Assembly: GCA_030390025.1 (NCBI GenBank)
Contig: JASTWF010000326.1
Coordinates: 248,001-312,000 of the forward strand
From: Squalus acanthias
Lineage: Eukaryota
Direction: 5' to 3'
DNA length: 64,000 nucleotides
Shown: positions 50,711 to 64,000 of the stretch, piece by piece
Layout of the letters: the number at the start of each line of letters is the position of its first letter
Numbering within the stretch: the stretch's first letter is position 1
Notes under the pieces: model-generated
What the model saw: the letters and a program-made list of their open reading frames with translations, nothing else
Told to the model about the DNA's origin: nothing
The model's database searches: none
Position numbers and translations under genes: made by a program

Positions 50711-52374
50711 AACAATTATATCCTCCGATATTCATTTTTACTGAAAAGCCTGTTGACAGGCAAGCAATAAGGCAACCAATTCAATAAAATGGTCAATAAA
50801 TCCAACGTTGAACATCTCCACAACTCAACTTCACAATATTGAACCAGGGCATCAGATGAAAGATTTTACTTGTGAATAAACAATTTAAACTAAAATGGTG
50901 TTTTTCTGCTGTTAAAAAAGTAGTAATACTGATACCAAAGATACCACTAGTATTACTAATATCAAAACACTGCATGGAGGAGTGACGAGACACATAGTTG
51001 GATTGGTTATTCCCTATATAATGAGATCCTAAGTCTTACTTAGTCCGTCAAAGGATGATGCAGAGTGGAGGTGAGAAACTTCCCAAAGGTTGAGAGGGTG
51101 GGCCAATTCATAATTCTCCATGGCACTTATTACTTCGTTAAAAAGCATAATCAATTTGGAACTAAGCCAGTATCCCTACCTCTCTTAACAGAACAATGTT
51201 GCATGCTGAACCCAGGTGGATACCTAGGGATTATATTTAAATAAGTAATGTAGTACCAATTTGGTTAGAGCAACAATCACTCCATCTTTCACAGAACACA
51301 ATGTGCTGTGATTGTTCTAATTTATTTACTCTAAAAATCAAAAAAGTGGTAAGCACATATTTGGTATTTCTTAATCAACATATTGCTGAATAACTTATTA
51401 CATTATATTTACTTAGAAATTAACATTTGGAACAGTTTTATACTGGAACAAATCAGTTCAGCATCCTACCAGTCCTCTTCCATTCACCCAAAAGTCCAAA
51501 CCAGCTTTTCAGAACAGTGCCGATCGAAGCCCATATCCCTTTTCAAATGTTTCTTTCCTTCCTTCTATTGATCAACTGCTTTTGTATAAAACTAATGGCT
51601 TTCAGCTCAGACTGAAGGGCATAATTAGGTTAAAATTGATTTGCTTAGCAATCCCACAACTAAGGAAAGGTGCATAAAGTCACCAACAACCTGATCCTAT
51701 TTTGTCAGAAATATTTGTCCATTATACATACTGTCGTTCAAATGAAAAACAAAGCTTTAAACCATTATTGTTGCAGCTTTTATTCAAAAGTATGTTCCAC
51801 ATGTGAAATTTATTAACTTTATAATTACAAGCACAATTCCAACACAATGATCAATGAACAAAAGAACTTCTGACTGAGTGTCAGTCGGCTTGACATAGTT
51901 CTTAGTTAGAACATTCATTGCTTTACATTCTGAGCAGCATTTCACACAATGCTGTATAAAATGATAACTGCATGATTGCTGCATGTACTATATAGGCATT
52001 ATACAACTTGGACTAGAACATGATACAATAAAAGTATTAATATGGTGCCAAGAAATTAAGTATTAGAAACATTAAAAGTAACCAGATCAGATTTGTATAA
52101 ACAAGCTGGGCAAGTAAATTAGCAAATACAACATAAAACAAGCCTAATATCCCATTGGTTTTTGTTTTGTTTCAAATGTAACTAAATATAGAATCTGCTG
52201 AGGATTTAAAAAGATGCTTCCAAAGTTCAGAGAAACAATTACAAAAAAAATACAGCATCATAAACATTAGTAATTACTGTAGACAACCAATTTATACTAA
52301 TAAAGTACCATCAGTAGCACACATTTAGATGTTTAGATATTGGGTTTATTAAGTACAAGGTATTACAATTACAA

Positions 52375-53665
52375 GTATTTACAGCACAGAAACAGGCCAT
52401 TTGGCCCAACATGCTCCACACGAGTCTCCTCTTCATTGAACCCCATTAACATATCTTTCTGTTCCTTTCTCTCTCATGTATTTATCTAGCTTCCCCTTAA
52501 ATGCACCTATGCTATTCACCTCAACTACTGCTTGTGGTAGCGAGTTCCACCTTCTAACCACTCTCTGGGTAAAGAAGTTTCTCCTAAATTCCCTATTGAA
52601 TTTATTAGTGACTATCTTATATTTATGTCCCCCAATTCTGATTTCGCCCACAATAAAAATATTTTCTCTATGTCTTCCCTATCAAACCCGTTCATAATCT
52701 TAAAGACTTCAATCAGGTCACCCCTCACTCTTCTCTTTTCTAGAGAAAAGAGCCCCAAGCTTGTTCAATCTTTCCCGATAGGTATAACTTCCTCAGTTCT
52801 GGTATCATTCTAGTAAATCGTTTTTGCACCTTCTCCAGTGCCTCTATATCCTTTTATAATATGGAGACCAGAACGGTTCACATTAGTCCAAGTGTGGTCT
52901 AACAAAAGTTGTTAAACTTGTAAAGAACCTAACTGCTTTTCAATTCTATCCCTCTAGAAATGAACCCCAGTGCTTTGTTTGCCTTTTTAATGGCTTTATT
53001 AAATTGTGTCGCTACTTTTAGTGATTTGTGTATCTGTTGCCCCAAATCCCTATGTTTCGCTACCCCATTTAGACTCTTTTTGTCCAAGGAATGTGTGGCT
53101 TCCTTATTCTTCCTACCAAAATGTATTAGCTCGCACTTATCTAAATTGAAGTTCATTTGCCAATTACATGCCCATTCTGCAAGCTTATTAACGTCTTCCT
53201 GTATTTTGTCGCAGTCCTCCTCTGTATTAACCACATCCTCCAATTTGGTGTCATTGAAAATGTTGAAATTGTGCTTCCGATTCTAGAGTCCAAATCGGTT
53301 ATGTAAATGGTGAACAACAGTGGTCCCAGCATCGATCCTTGTGGAACACCACTTCCCACCATTTGCCAATCTGAGTAACTACCTTTAACCCCCTACTCTC
53401 TGTTTTCTATTTTGTGGCCAGCTTACTATCCATTATGCTACTTGTCCTCTGAATCCACATGATCTGACCTTAAGGGCAGTGTAGTAGACGTAATATATTT
53501 GGGTTTCCAGAAAGCCTTTGATAATGACCAACCCTTCCATCCAGACCTCTCTAAGTTTAATTAGTTTATCAATTATCTCCCCCCTTTCTATCTTAAATGT
53601 CTTCATATCCTTTTTGATCTCTTTTGCTAATGTCAGGTTCACCAGCTTACTTTCCTTGGTAAATA
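52375..53665 (-). mobile_element. CR1 LINE 3' portion
   Basis: GSGVPQGSMLGPLLFTIYI; LAEWACNWQMNFNLDKCE; FFTQRVVRRWNSLP. Confidence 0.9.
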
Positions 53666-53776
53666 CCAGGGAATTATCACAAGTTGTTAGTTGTTACACT
53701 TCAAATAATGTAAAGCGTGCACTTGAGATTTTTTTCATTTGTGCTCATAGGGTAGTATCCGGAAGACAGACATTGA

Positions 53777-54623
53777 GGCCGTGATTTTTCCGGTCGATGC
53801 AGCTTGGGGGTGGGACAGCTGCCTTCCGGGTTCCAGTCCCGCCCCCAACGACGTCCGACACAGAGACGCGATTTTGCGTCAATTGGCCATGTTAAGCCCG
53901 CCCTGCGGGCTTGCCGGCCAATGAAGAGGAAGCCAGTGTCAGATGACGTGTCATCTGCCAGTTCTCTTAAAGGGGCCACACACAATTTTTTTTGACAGCT
54001 GATTTTTGTGTTTGACAGCATTGAGGTGCTGCAAACACTGACAATCACTGTACAAAGGTGAGCCTTTGCACCCAGGCTCTCCAGTGACTCCCTCCTTAGG
54101 CTAGAACAGATGGCAGCTGCAGGTGAGGTTACAGAAGCAATGTGTCACTGGTGAGAGAGGTTCTCCCAATGAGGTGGGACTACACAAACAATTCAAAACT
54201 GGTCACCTACAGAAAAGTCTAAATACATTAAAAATGATTTTCGCAACATTTTCTTACCTCTGAAACTCACCAGTGTACCATTGGATCCTTCACACCACTT
54301 CTGCAGCTGTCATCATTACAAACATTACAGTAGACCCACAGCACACCACACTTACCTGGCATGGTGTCCAGACGTCGGGAAACCCGCAGTAGACCTATCA
54401 AAATTGCAAAAAGCCTCTTAACTGCCTGTTAACAAGCAGTTAAGTGCCTATAATCTTCTTCCCGCCACTAGGTGTCGGGTCCATGCGCAAATCGGGGACC
54501 TGACACCTGGGAAGATTATCTGGAGGCGGGTTGACAGCAGGTTTCTGACCCGCTGTCAATCTTTACGCTTTTGCCGGATGTCCCGCCTCCAAACCCACCC
54601 CGAACGCCGGCAAAATTCCCCCC
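53777..54623 (+). mobile_element. Harbinger non-autonomous element, same subfamily as 42372-43214
   Basis: ggccgtgattttt ... gcaaaattcccccc; collinear with the other copies over its length. Confidence 0.85.
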
Positions 54624-55849
54624 TTTGTTTGAGTTTCATTGGTTTATTATTACACTATTGGATCTGGCAATGCATATTTGAATATAATAAATTTTAATAA
54701 AAGTTCATATAGTTTGGAACAGTGATTTGTCATACTTAAACATACACGTGGCTCAGTAAATTTGATGTCTGTACTCCAGGGAAACTCAGTTAAGATATCA
54801 AAACATACCGTATACAGAAGGATGTTTTTTCACTTAAATTATTCCAGCTTGTTGAAGAATAGAATTCTAATGTTTTGTGGCAAAATGACCAGATAATAGC
54901 TACTTATGGAAATGAGGGGAACATCATAAGTGTGATCTAAATGTCTAGATACAATTTAATCTTCTGAAATGGACAAATCTCTGAAATTCCCCATAAACCT
55001 TATATGATCTTTGAAATTCAGTGGGAGACAAGAATCATTCTTGACAAATTGATAGACACCAAGTTATTGGCCGGAGGGGATTTAGGAAAGACTATTATGT
55101 TTATACTGAGACTTGGTACCTGAATTTACATGGGCATGTTAGTGGAACTGACCATTAATACTGGAGATCCTCAGTAGGGCTTGTATACAGCAAGCTCAAA
55201 ATTCAGCCAGGTTCTCTTTTGAATAGATAGAGGGCAAACAACCGGAGTCTCTTTTTTTAGGTAATCACTGATTTCTGCAGGCTCGAATAATTGGTGGTTT
55301 ATCTTTCAATAACGCCAATATCATTGTATATCATGTTTATACCATACATCGAATAACAGTCATTGAAGTTAAAGTAATTTGATAGATTCATTTTCTTTTT
55401 AGGCATGGCATTCTGTGAAGTAGCTTGGGTATGATGACTACATACTGGATACAATGAGATGCAATTGTTGGAAGCAGCTTGTTCTGCATAACTGTAGAAA
55501 CGCACAGCAACTGGAGAGAATGAAGACAACTGAGTAAGTAGAAAAAGATTATGGTGGACAGGGAATGAGAAGATAGTAACAGAGGAATGATAATAGATAG
55601 CAGAGTAAGGGACAGAGCCATGAGGAAAACACTGACAGAAAAGAGACAGAAGAAGTGGGGCACAAAAAGGAGGAAGACGTATGGAAGCTCAGTCTATACG
55701 TGCTGCGTGGCAAGATCTATGATCCCACTGAAGACAAAAGCCAGACTCCAACTTGAGTAAACCCACAGCTACCCTTGGTGCCTCTCTTGGCATTCTCTGA
55801 CAGACCTATTATGGTACCCATCACTGCCTCCTTAAGAATAATAACTCTT

Positions 55850-57485
55850 GACTGACTGCCTATCCCACTCTCCCACCAACCTTACTGCCCAATATACTGA
55901 TTGGGGCCAATATCACCTTCCCAATTACCTCACCCACCACTACCACCCATCCACCCCCCCCACCCCAGGTTTCTCTCTTATTTTTCCTTTAGCCGCTGCA
56001 CCAAGCAACTCATCATCCTCAGATTTCAATCTCCATCTCAGGTCACCTTGCCCTCTCCCCTTTAAATTTGCTGCTCTCCTGCCCTCTCTAAACCTTTCCT
56101 CCATAATCGCACACCTACCCACATTCACTGTTGCCCCAGTGATCTCGATCACCAACCAACCTATCTCTTTAGTCCTCATAAGCTAGACCACCCTACCCTT
56201 ATTCAACTCCACTTACTTCTGCACCTGCCCCAGAAACAAAGATCTTCCCAAATTGCTTATAAATGGCCTCGCAAATTCAACTGTCAAGCCTTCAGCCCTC
56301 CATTTGCCAGAATACCCAGCTGTTGATTTGCTCAACCATTCCCTTACTTCCACCTTCACCTCATATCTATAGTTTGTATCCATAGCAAAACCTCATCGTC
56401 ACCCATCCCCATTACTCTGCTCGCTATAACTTGCATCTTTGTGACCTCAAGTCTAAGGGGTGCAAACTTGAGTGTACTGTAGCTCACAAATAGCTTAACC
56501 ATTCATTGCTGGATCTGGCTTAACCACATCAAGCTCAATCAGGCCTTACGCTCTTCTGCGACTGTTGGCTCATTATGGAGGACAAAAATAACACCAGCCT
56601 CCTTTTCTCTACTGCTGACTGCATCCTTAAACCCCTCTCCCCTTCACCTGCAACCTCACCTCTAATAAGTGTGAGGAGCTCAAGGATTTCTTCAGCACTA
56701 AGATAGAGACCATCTATTCATCTGCCTCTGCTGCCTTTCCCTTGCTAACCAAGGCAAACTTCACTCCACCTCCCACTTTAGCACAGAATCTGACTCTCTT
56801 GTTTCTCCCACATCTGCCCACAAAAGCTCATTTGGGTTCTGAAACCTACTTCCTGGGCCCTTGACCCAATTCCCTCCAAATGCCTAACCATTCAACTTCC
56901 ATTCCTGGCCCCATGCTAGCTGATATTGTAAATCGTTCCCACTGCTCCAGCAGTGTCCCCTCCCTTTCAAAACCACCATCACCCAATTCTCAAAATCCCA
57001 CATCAACCCTTGCTAACTACCGCCCTATTTATTATCCCTCCTCAACCCCTCTTCAGCACACCATTTTCCTCCACTGTCAAACTCCATGGGATTTTCTTCG
57101 CTTGGTTCCACTGTCACCTATCATTTTGCATCCAGAGCATCTGTTCAATGGGTTCTCCTCTCATATGTTTCCTGTTACCTCTGGAGTCCTCCAAAGATCC
57201 ATCCCTGGCCCCCTTTTCTTCATGTTCAAGATGCTCCTTAGTGACATTATGGGGTCAGCTTCCACAATAATGGCAATGATACCCAATTCTACCTCTCCAC
57301 TTGTCTCTCAATCCCTCCAATGCCCAAGTGTTGTCAGTCTGCTTGTCTAATATCCTGTTCTGTCCTGGTTGAGCTTTATCTTCCTCCAACTAAACAGTGG
57401 GACAACCAAGGCCACCATCTTCACGTCTGCATAATCCTCATCACTAACTTCATTCACTCATTGGCCTGCATCTCAGGCTGAACTA
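55850..57485 (+). mobile_element. Old L2 LINE ORF2 remnant
   Basis: C-rich strand; LANYRPI, VTSGVLQRSIPGPLFF; ttcctccaactaaaca..accaaggcc. Confidence 0.7.
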
Positions 57486-59205
57486 AATGATGCTGGTTGG
57501 CTGCAGGCACAGCTTTGCAAATGCCTCCCTGCTGATCCAAAGCCTATGAAGCCCATTCAACTTTGGCATTACCATGTAGTTACAGCGAGGTCTGCCAATA
57601 TGGGTGGCAGCATAATGGCAGGTGCAAGCGGTCGAACTATTGTGCCTTATCTTTCCTGCATGCCTTTTTTTTTTCCATCTTGTATCACTTCAACCAGGAA
57701 ATATAGCAAGAATGGCGTGCAGATTCATTAGAGCAGCACCATTTTAGTATTTACGCATCAAATCAAGCACAACTATTAATCTCACTTTGACTGTCACACA
57801 ACTGTGTAGCTTACGTTTAGATGTCTTTCTCCTCCCTCAGCTCCTATAAAAAATGTTCACTGCAATAGCTCTCTTTGTACGCAGAGTACAAGTTGATTAG
57901 ACCAGCACCAATTTAACAGTTGCATGTCTTGTTGCTCTTTGAAATTTTCCAAGTTTCGCACAGATTATATATTGATTTGCTTTACTTTGTTAGTTGCCCT
58001 TATTGTACTATGGAGTATAAATCAGGATTTAATGTCATTCCAGCTGGTATTTGGAAGTTTATTTTTAAAGCAAACAAAATTTGAAATTTTCAATTGAATT
58101 GACTGCACAAATAAACAAAAGAGTCAAATACAATATATTTGCACAGTTTATGGGTAAATCAGTGAGAGAAATGCAACATCAATCAACAGATTAGAAGCAA
58201 GACAATTCAGAAACCAGACTTCACACAACAATTCACAGAGCAGGAACGTGAAGCTTTTTTGTCTTTGCTGGCTGCATAGGTGAGTAGCTTGGAGTCTCAG
58301 GGATCACCAAGTTGATCACCATACTCTCAATTTGAATATACAATTTCTCAGATACGATCAGACCTTTATGAAAGGATTTTAAATGTATCCACCAATGGGG
58401 AATAGCACTAATAACATCCCTTTTCAAACTCTTGGCCCACAAACTTCAAAGGGAATAAACCAATGATTAAGAAATACAAGCACAAATAGGACCAATTGGA
58501 GGACTGGATTGTCAGGTCTCCGTGCGCATACCTCAAGCATAGGGTGTGCAAGCAGGTCAGGAGAAAAAGCACCGCTGGAGATTTTGTTTAATTGTTAAAC
58601 CAAGATGAAGGGCCAAGACCCATAGTGCAGGGAAGCACTAAGATAATTGGTACAAGTGATGCAGTAAATCGGGAAGTAGAGATTTGCTGAAGTAATGTGG
58701 CTTAAATACGGTGAAAAGGAAGAATATGGCATCCACAATTTTGAGGACTGGGATGGAATGAATTAAAGTAGGAGACTGTAACGAGTCTTGATTTAAACAC
58801 AATGACAATGTAGGGGAGAGGAAAAGCATGCAAGACAGTGCATTTGAAGTTTAGAAGGAACAGAAGAACAAAATCAGATCAGAGGACCACTAACCTTATT
58901 ACTGTTAATAGGCGAGGAAAAGGTTAGAAAAGTTGTAGGCTACAGATGAAAGAAGAATCACCCAAATGACAATCTTTTTCTTGGATCCTTGCTTAATTCA
59001 AATTAATGTACAATTCAATTTTTTAAGCATAAAAAACAACGTTGAATCATCAGGAATAGACTGCAGTTCTGATGCCAGATTACAAATCTAAAGTGATTTA
59101 CAGCAACAGCGGAGCCAAAATTAATTACTACCTTAAACTCATTGCCATGCATGTTAGAAAATAAACCATGGGCTACATATATAAAAGTTTAAAAATATTA
59201 CTATG

Positions 59206-60572
59206 TGTAAGGTTTTCAAAATTTGCAGATCCCCAAAACCTAAGGAAAAAGGACTTTGGAACTACCTCAGAGTGATAAAAATGCATTTGGGCCTAACCTA
59301 AGAGACTGTAAGACCAAAAACCAAGTTTTGGCATTTTAAAAACATGTCTGGGCCTGTAAAAGGAGAAATGGCTGTGAAGGAAGTTGGGGTCGACCTCTGC
59401 AAAAGCAGTTTTGGGTATTGCAGTTAAATTGCATTGTCTGGGGAATCGGGATGACCTCACTCAAAGCCCCAGCATGCATTAACATTTTGATAATAGACCC
59501 TAGGAGGAGACAGTCCCACCCAAAACAACAGGTCCCATCAAACCAATTACAGAACCCATTAAAGACATGCATAAAGCAAATATTCAATCGAAGTCCTAGG
59601 CCCAGTCAAGAAACCAAAAACATGAGGACAATTCAAACTCTGATTCAACAACAGATCGACAGGATGGAGCTATCCTGAAACCACTTCACACATTTACAAA
59701 ACCAGTCAACACGCTAGTAAAGTCGTTACTGTTAACGAGGTCTTACAATGACCGGGATTTGATTTGGCTTTGATAAGGCCACTTCAATTTAGGATCATTG
59801 AAGGCCCATCAAGCAGTTCAAAAAAAAGCAGTAACAACAGTTCAAGTTCAACAGTTCAAGTTCAACAGAAGGCAGTTCTGCATTTCAATTTGAAAGCTTG
59901 TTTTTCAGCAGAAGTCAGTGCTGGAATTACAGAGTTCAGGAGAAGCAAGTTGGGCAGTTAAAGAAGACAGTTCAGTAAGAAGGAAGTTCTCCAGTAAAAC
60001 AGTTCAAGTTCAACAAGCAGGCAGAAGGCAGTTTCCACAGTTCTGCAAGAAGGCAGTTCTACAGCTCGGAAGAAGACAATTTAAACAGAGGCAGAGTTCA
60101 ACAGAAAGAAGTACAACAAAGAAGGCCAGCCGTTCAAGAGATCAGAGCGACCGCCTCAGTGACCATCGGACACCTCGCGGCAACAAGGGCCTTACAAAAC
60201 CTTTTACTCAAAAGACTCTAAACCCTAACTCTCAACTGTCAAGAACTGTCATTTGGTGAGCATTATCCCTGATCTTCTGGAATCAAACCTAGCTAGGCAG
60301 TGGGATTTGGGAGGGATAAGGGTTTTTGTATATTGTAATTCTCCTCGCCTGTACCGTGTGTTCCCCAACCTGTGTTTAAGCATTAAGTGTGTTTTAAGTT
60401 TGTTACCTTTTCTTTAATAAAAGTCAAAACTCTTTCATCAAAACCTGTTGTCTACTGCATCTTTGTTCACAACCCCCAAATAAGTCCAAGGTCTAGAACC
60501 AGGGGCGTGGGAGTGATTCGAACCACTCACTGAGTCAGAGGTGAACCTGACCCCCACACACCACCCCCTACA
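59206..60572 (+). mobile_element. Solo LTR, 1.37 kb
   Basis: tatg|TGtaagg ... cctaCA|taag (4-bp TSD, 1 mismatch); aataaa ~60416; (cagttcaa)-type repeats at 59813-60100. Confidence 0.87.
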
Positions 60573-62029
60573 TAAGCTTATGCAGCAAGCTAGGAAACCA
60601 GCATTTTAGGTACATTACCTGGATCTACTTTTTTGAAAACATTAGACTTTAAAATATGCAAACACTTGTTCTTGCTTGAGGGCTATCGTAGCCAAAGACT
60701 ATGTCTAGAACGAGAACTCTTCTGGCATTCCATATCCTTCTATTTTTTAAAAAAATTCAGAGCACTGAAGACTCTTCTCAGTCACATAGCCTTACAGAAC
60801 AAGATTCCCAAGAGACACTTGATACCATCCTGCCTTCAGCAGTGATAGTAAAATTCTAGGTTTCGCTTCAAGACCTTGGCCACAGACCAAGAATTTAGCA
60901 CTAAGTATGCCATGATCAATACTTCAGTCTCCCAAGAGGATGCATACTGGTTTTTCACAAGTTCAGCCAACTCATCATCTAATATAATTTGTGCTTACTT
61001 CTAATTTAATGTCATTAAAGGATGGAACTTGATAGATGGTACAGGTAGTCAAACATCAAGAAATATATTTACTGTTCCAAAACATACACAGAATGCCAGC
61101 AAGTCAAAGTATAACTTTCATGCAAGTTCAAACTTCACTTCAAGTCAACGTTTTGGTTACCAATAAGGGTAAATTATTAGTTGGCGCCTACAATACTATC
61201 CAGCAACACCACATCAAGGCTCACAATAAACAATGACAATTCATTTGCACCTTAGTCCCAACACATTTGTTGGAACTAAACACTGACAAAATGACCATCT
61301 GAGTACTGATCCTAAAAAAGTGTAATTAAATTGGAAGAAAATTAAAATCAAAAAAGGAACATTTTTGAAGTTTCTGAACAGATGTTACAGGATAAATACC
61401 GCAAAATGAAAAAATGCATTTATTGATATTCTGTATATAAATATTTGGACGAGCAACTCGAAGTTGAGTTTGGTGGCCACACAAGTTTACTTAAATTTCG
61501 AGCTATGTAATTTCCCAACAGCTTTTAGAAAATGTTTTGTTATATGGCAGGCTCGTGTATATTAGAGTTTTGTGACCAGTTCTAAGTGGCTTGTCTGTCA
61601 CCCAAATCTACGTGCTATGGCTTGGTTCATTTATTTTAAATATTTAATCAGTGTGCAGAGACAGACACCCCATATGTTTACACTGCAGTTCTATTAGCAA
61701 CATAGGTCATAATAAGCATCATAAAGCACACAGATGCAGTTACAATTAAATGTAGCTATAAAGCAAGCAAAACCAGAAGTTAAATCGCTGCATAATACGA
61801 AGATGTGTGTCTTGCTCAAATAAAATTTTGCACCAGTTATGTCGCGACTGAAATGGGTGCTGCTGAAATGTATGAGATTGGTTGGACTATTTCATCAAGC
61901 AGCAACAGCATAGCAATAAAAAATGCTCTAAAGTTTACATGGGAGCCCAAGGGTAGAAACCATGGCTGGCTTGCGAAAGGTTAATGGATTTGTACCAAAG
62001 TCCCTTCACCTCTATTTTAAGTGTTATTA

Positions 62030-62290
62030 ACCAGTTTTATTGTTTTGGTGGTGATGGTCGAGGAAGGAATGTTAGGCAGGATAAAGGGAAAACCTCCTGA
62101 TCTTCTTTGAATTGTGTCACGGTTTCTTTTACGTCCACCTAAACAGACAGACCGGGTCCTATCCAAAAGATGGCATCTCTGATAATGTAGCAATCCCTCA
62201 TTGTCAGCCTAGATTAATGTGTTCAAGTCCCTTAAATGAGCTTGAACCCAGAACTTCTGACCAAAAGCACAACTGCTATCACTGCCAAGC
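62030..62290 (-). mobile_element. Deu-domain SINE fragment
   Basis: tcttttacgtccacctaaacagacagac..atccaaaagatggcatctctga parallels 26767-26840. Confidence 0.65.
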
Positions 62291-62903
62291 GAACAATATC
62301 TGCACTTCAAAAGTATATATATATATTTTAAAAAGCACACCACGAACATAATGGGGAACAAACCTTCAGGTAGCACCAGCTACATAACGCACAAATGCTA
62401 CAGACAGGAGTGTATCATACATCGGCAGGAAACACAATTATACAGGATATCTTCCTATTTGATTAATAATCTGGCTTTCAAAAAGTGTTTTCAGGTGCGT
62501 CCATAGTACAAAAACTCAAAATACCTGGTTTTAGTGTTGGTGTGTGTGTGCCTGATGTTCTGAATGATGAAGTTGTACAGAAGAATCTAATACAAAATGT
62601 ACAACCTCTCTGCATGCTTTATAATTGTATCCTGAAATGATGTGCTAATCTGTAATAGCAAGTTAAGATTTTTTTCACATTTACTTTTAAATGCTAAAAC
62701 ATATACTTCAACAATTCATTTTTGATGGCCGGTATTTGAAGTAGTATTACAATGAGATAGTATTGATAATGTTACAGGCAGTTATAGGCACAGGAACAAA
62801 CTGCTCAACATCTTGACGAACAACAGCATATAACATTGGGAATAAAAAGGGCGAATGAAGTGGTTAAAAGTTAAATTAGCAGCTTAACTGACTAGCTGGC
62901 TGA

Positions 62904-63466
62904 TGTAATAAAGGAGAAATAACAACAGAAAACGCTGGAAAAACTCAGCAGGCCAGGCAGCATCCGTGGAGAGAGAAAGAGAGTTGACGTTTCAGGTCGA
63001 TGACCTTTCTAGGAGAAGTCTGGCAGAACAAAGATAGTTGCTGACAGTTGGAAAAAGCATATTACACGATGATTGGGGGAGTGAAAGGCGGCAAGGAGGC
63101 CATATATTGAACAATGGGCCGCCAATGTGATTTGCGAAGATGTGGTTAAGTGTACGAAATTGGATAAGAGCTAAAGAGTAGAACAATGGCAGATGTGGAA
63201 ACAGGGCAAATGAGATAAACAAGATGTGTTTTGTGGAGATGTGCTTAAGTGTACATGACTTGGACAATTAATTGGCCAAGTCCCGAAGATGTGAAGGAAA
63301 CAAGATGTAAGATTGTATATAAACCAACTGCTCAAATGTAAAAATTAGACTCCCGTCTCAGCTCAGACTGAGAGGGCCTCTCCCTGCACGTGCTTGAATA
63401 AAGATCGCTTGGAACCAGTACACGCTCATCTCCGTCTGCTTTGGGGCAGAGAGAAATCCCTCAACA
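62904..63466 (+). mobile_element. Short solo-LTR-like element containing a Penelope-associated insert
   Basis: tatataaa ~63316, aataaa ~63397, ends caaCA; start (tgtaata) is tentative and no TSD was found. Confidence 0.55.
62919..63010 (-). mobile_element. Short Penelope-associated repeat with partial hammerhead core
   Basis: Reverse complement gaaaggtcatcgacctgaaacgtc..ccacggatgctgcctggcctgctgagtttttccagcg; flanked by aggagaa on both sides. Confidence 0.7.
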
Positions 63467-64000
63467 GGGAAATAAAAACATGATTATTTTACACTACATG
63501 TGTACTTTGTTGATCTCACAATAAATGAGGGCCCTCTCATGGGCCCAGTTCCCACCATATCTTTCGATAATATCCTATTCGAGGGAAAGTATTGCATGTT
63601 AGTGCAAGTTTTTGCAAATTGAGGCGGCTATATATGGAACTGTCATGTGTGATGGCGAAAAGTAGTCAGAGCAGTTAATTTAATTGACTTTGTTATACGG
63701 GGGAAAAAAAACCAAATCTAGATGCAAGTAGTTGGAACCAAGGGATCGATAAAATATTTTCTATAAACCACATATTGCCTTTTATAGCAAATTACAGCAG
63801 AAAATGTTATTCTCTTCAAACTGAACAGGTAAAGGAATACATTACACTAATTAAGAGCATTTAACAAGTATGCACGATCATTTTGAATAGTCAGTTCTTA
63901 GCTAAACCATGTTCTTTTCGTGTGTGCATTCTCAAACCCTTCTAGCTTTCATTATTTTCTCCCTCAAAGCATTTTCCATCTTGATTCACTGTCAGGCATC

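Noticed and set aside
59813..60100. Gln/Ser-rich ORFs or a spacer array
   Set aside because: Degenerate cagttcaa simple repeats inside an LTR
60840..60980. Minus-strand peptide DDELAELVKNQYASSWETEVL..
   Set aside because: Short, poor acceptor context, no recognisable family
62525..62632. Possible minus-strand coding exon (tttcag|..ccag|gtattt)
   Set aside because: Stops in all three frames and a weak donor

Overview
Repeat-dominated, apparently non-genic vertebrate DNA. The repeat repertoire (CR1 LINEs with an esterase ORF1, L2, Penelope-like elements, Deu-domain and LF-SINE-like SINEs, Harbinger derivatives) points to a cartilaginous fish, either intergenic or deep in an intron. I could not identify any host protein-coding exon. 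Recognisable ORFs are broken transposon fragments: many CR1 copies (one near full length, about 28.2-34.3 kb), a second CR1-group LINE family, a Penelope element with GIY-YIG and a minimal hammerhead ribozyme, a decayed Gypsy gag-pol, solo LTRs, several Harbinger non-autonomous elements with TIRs and TWA target duplications, and a hAT remnant. The most interesting signals are RNA-structural: a tRNA-like fold at one terminus of two related solo LTRs, a LINE family with a tRNA-Thr(AGT)-like 5' head leading into its endonuclease, hammerhead motifs, and conserved long hairpins inside Harbinger derivatives. Family names come from recalled consensus motifs, not database searches.
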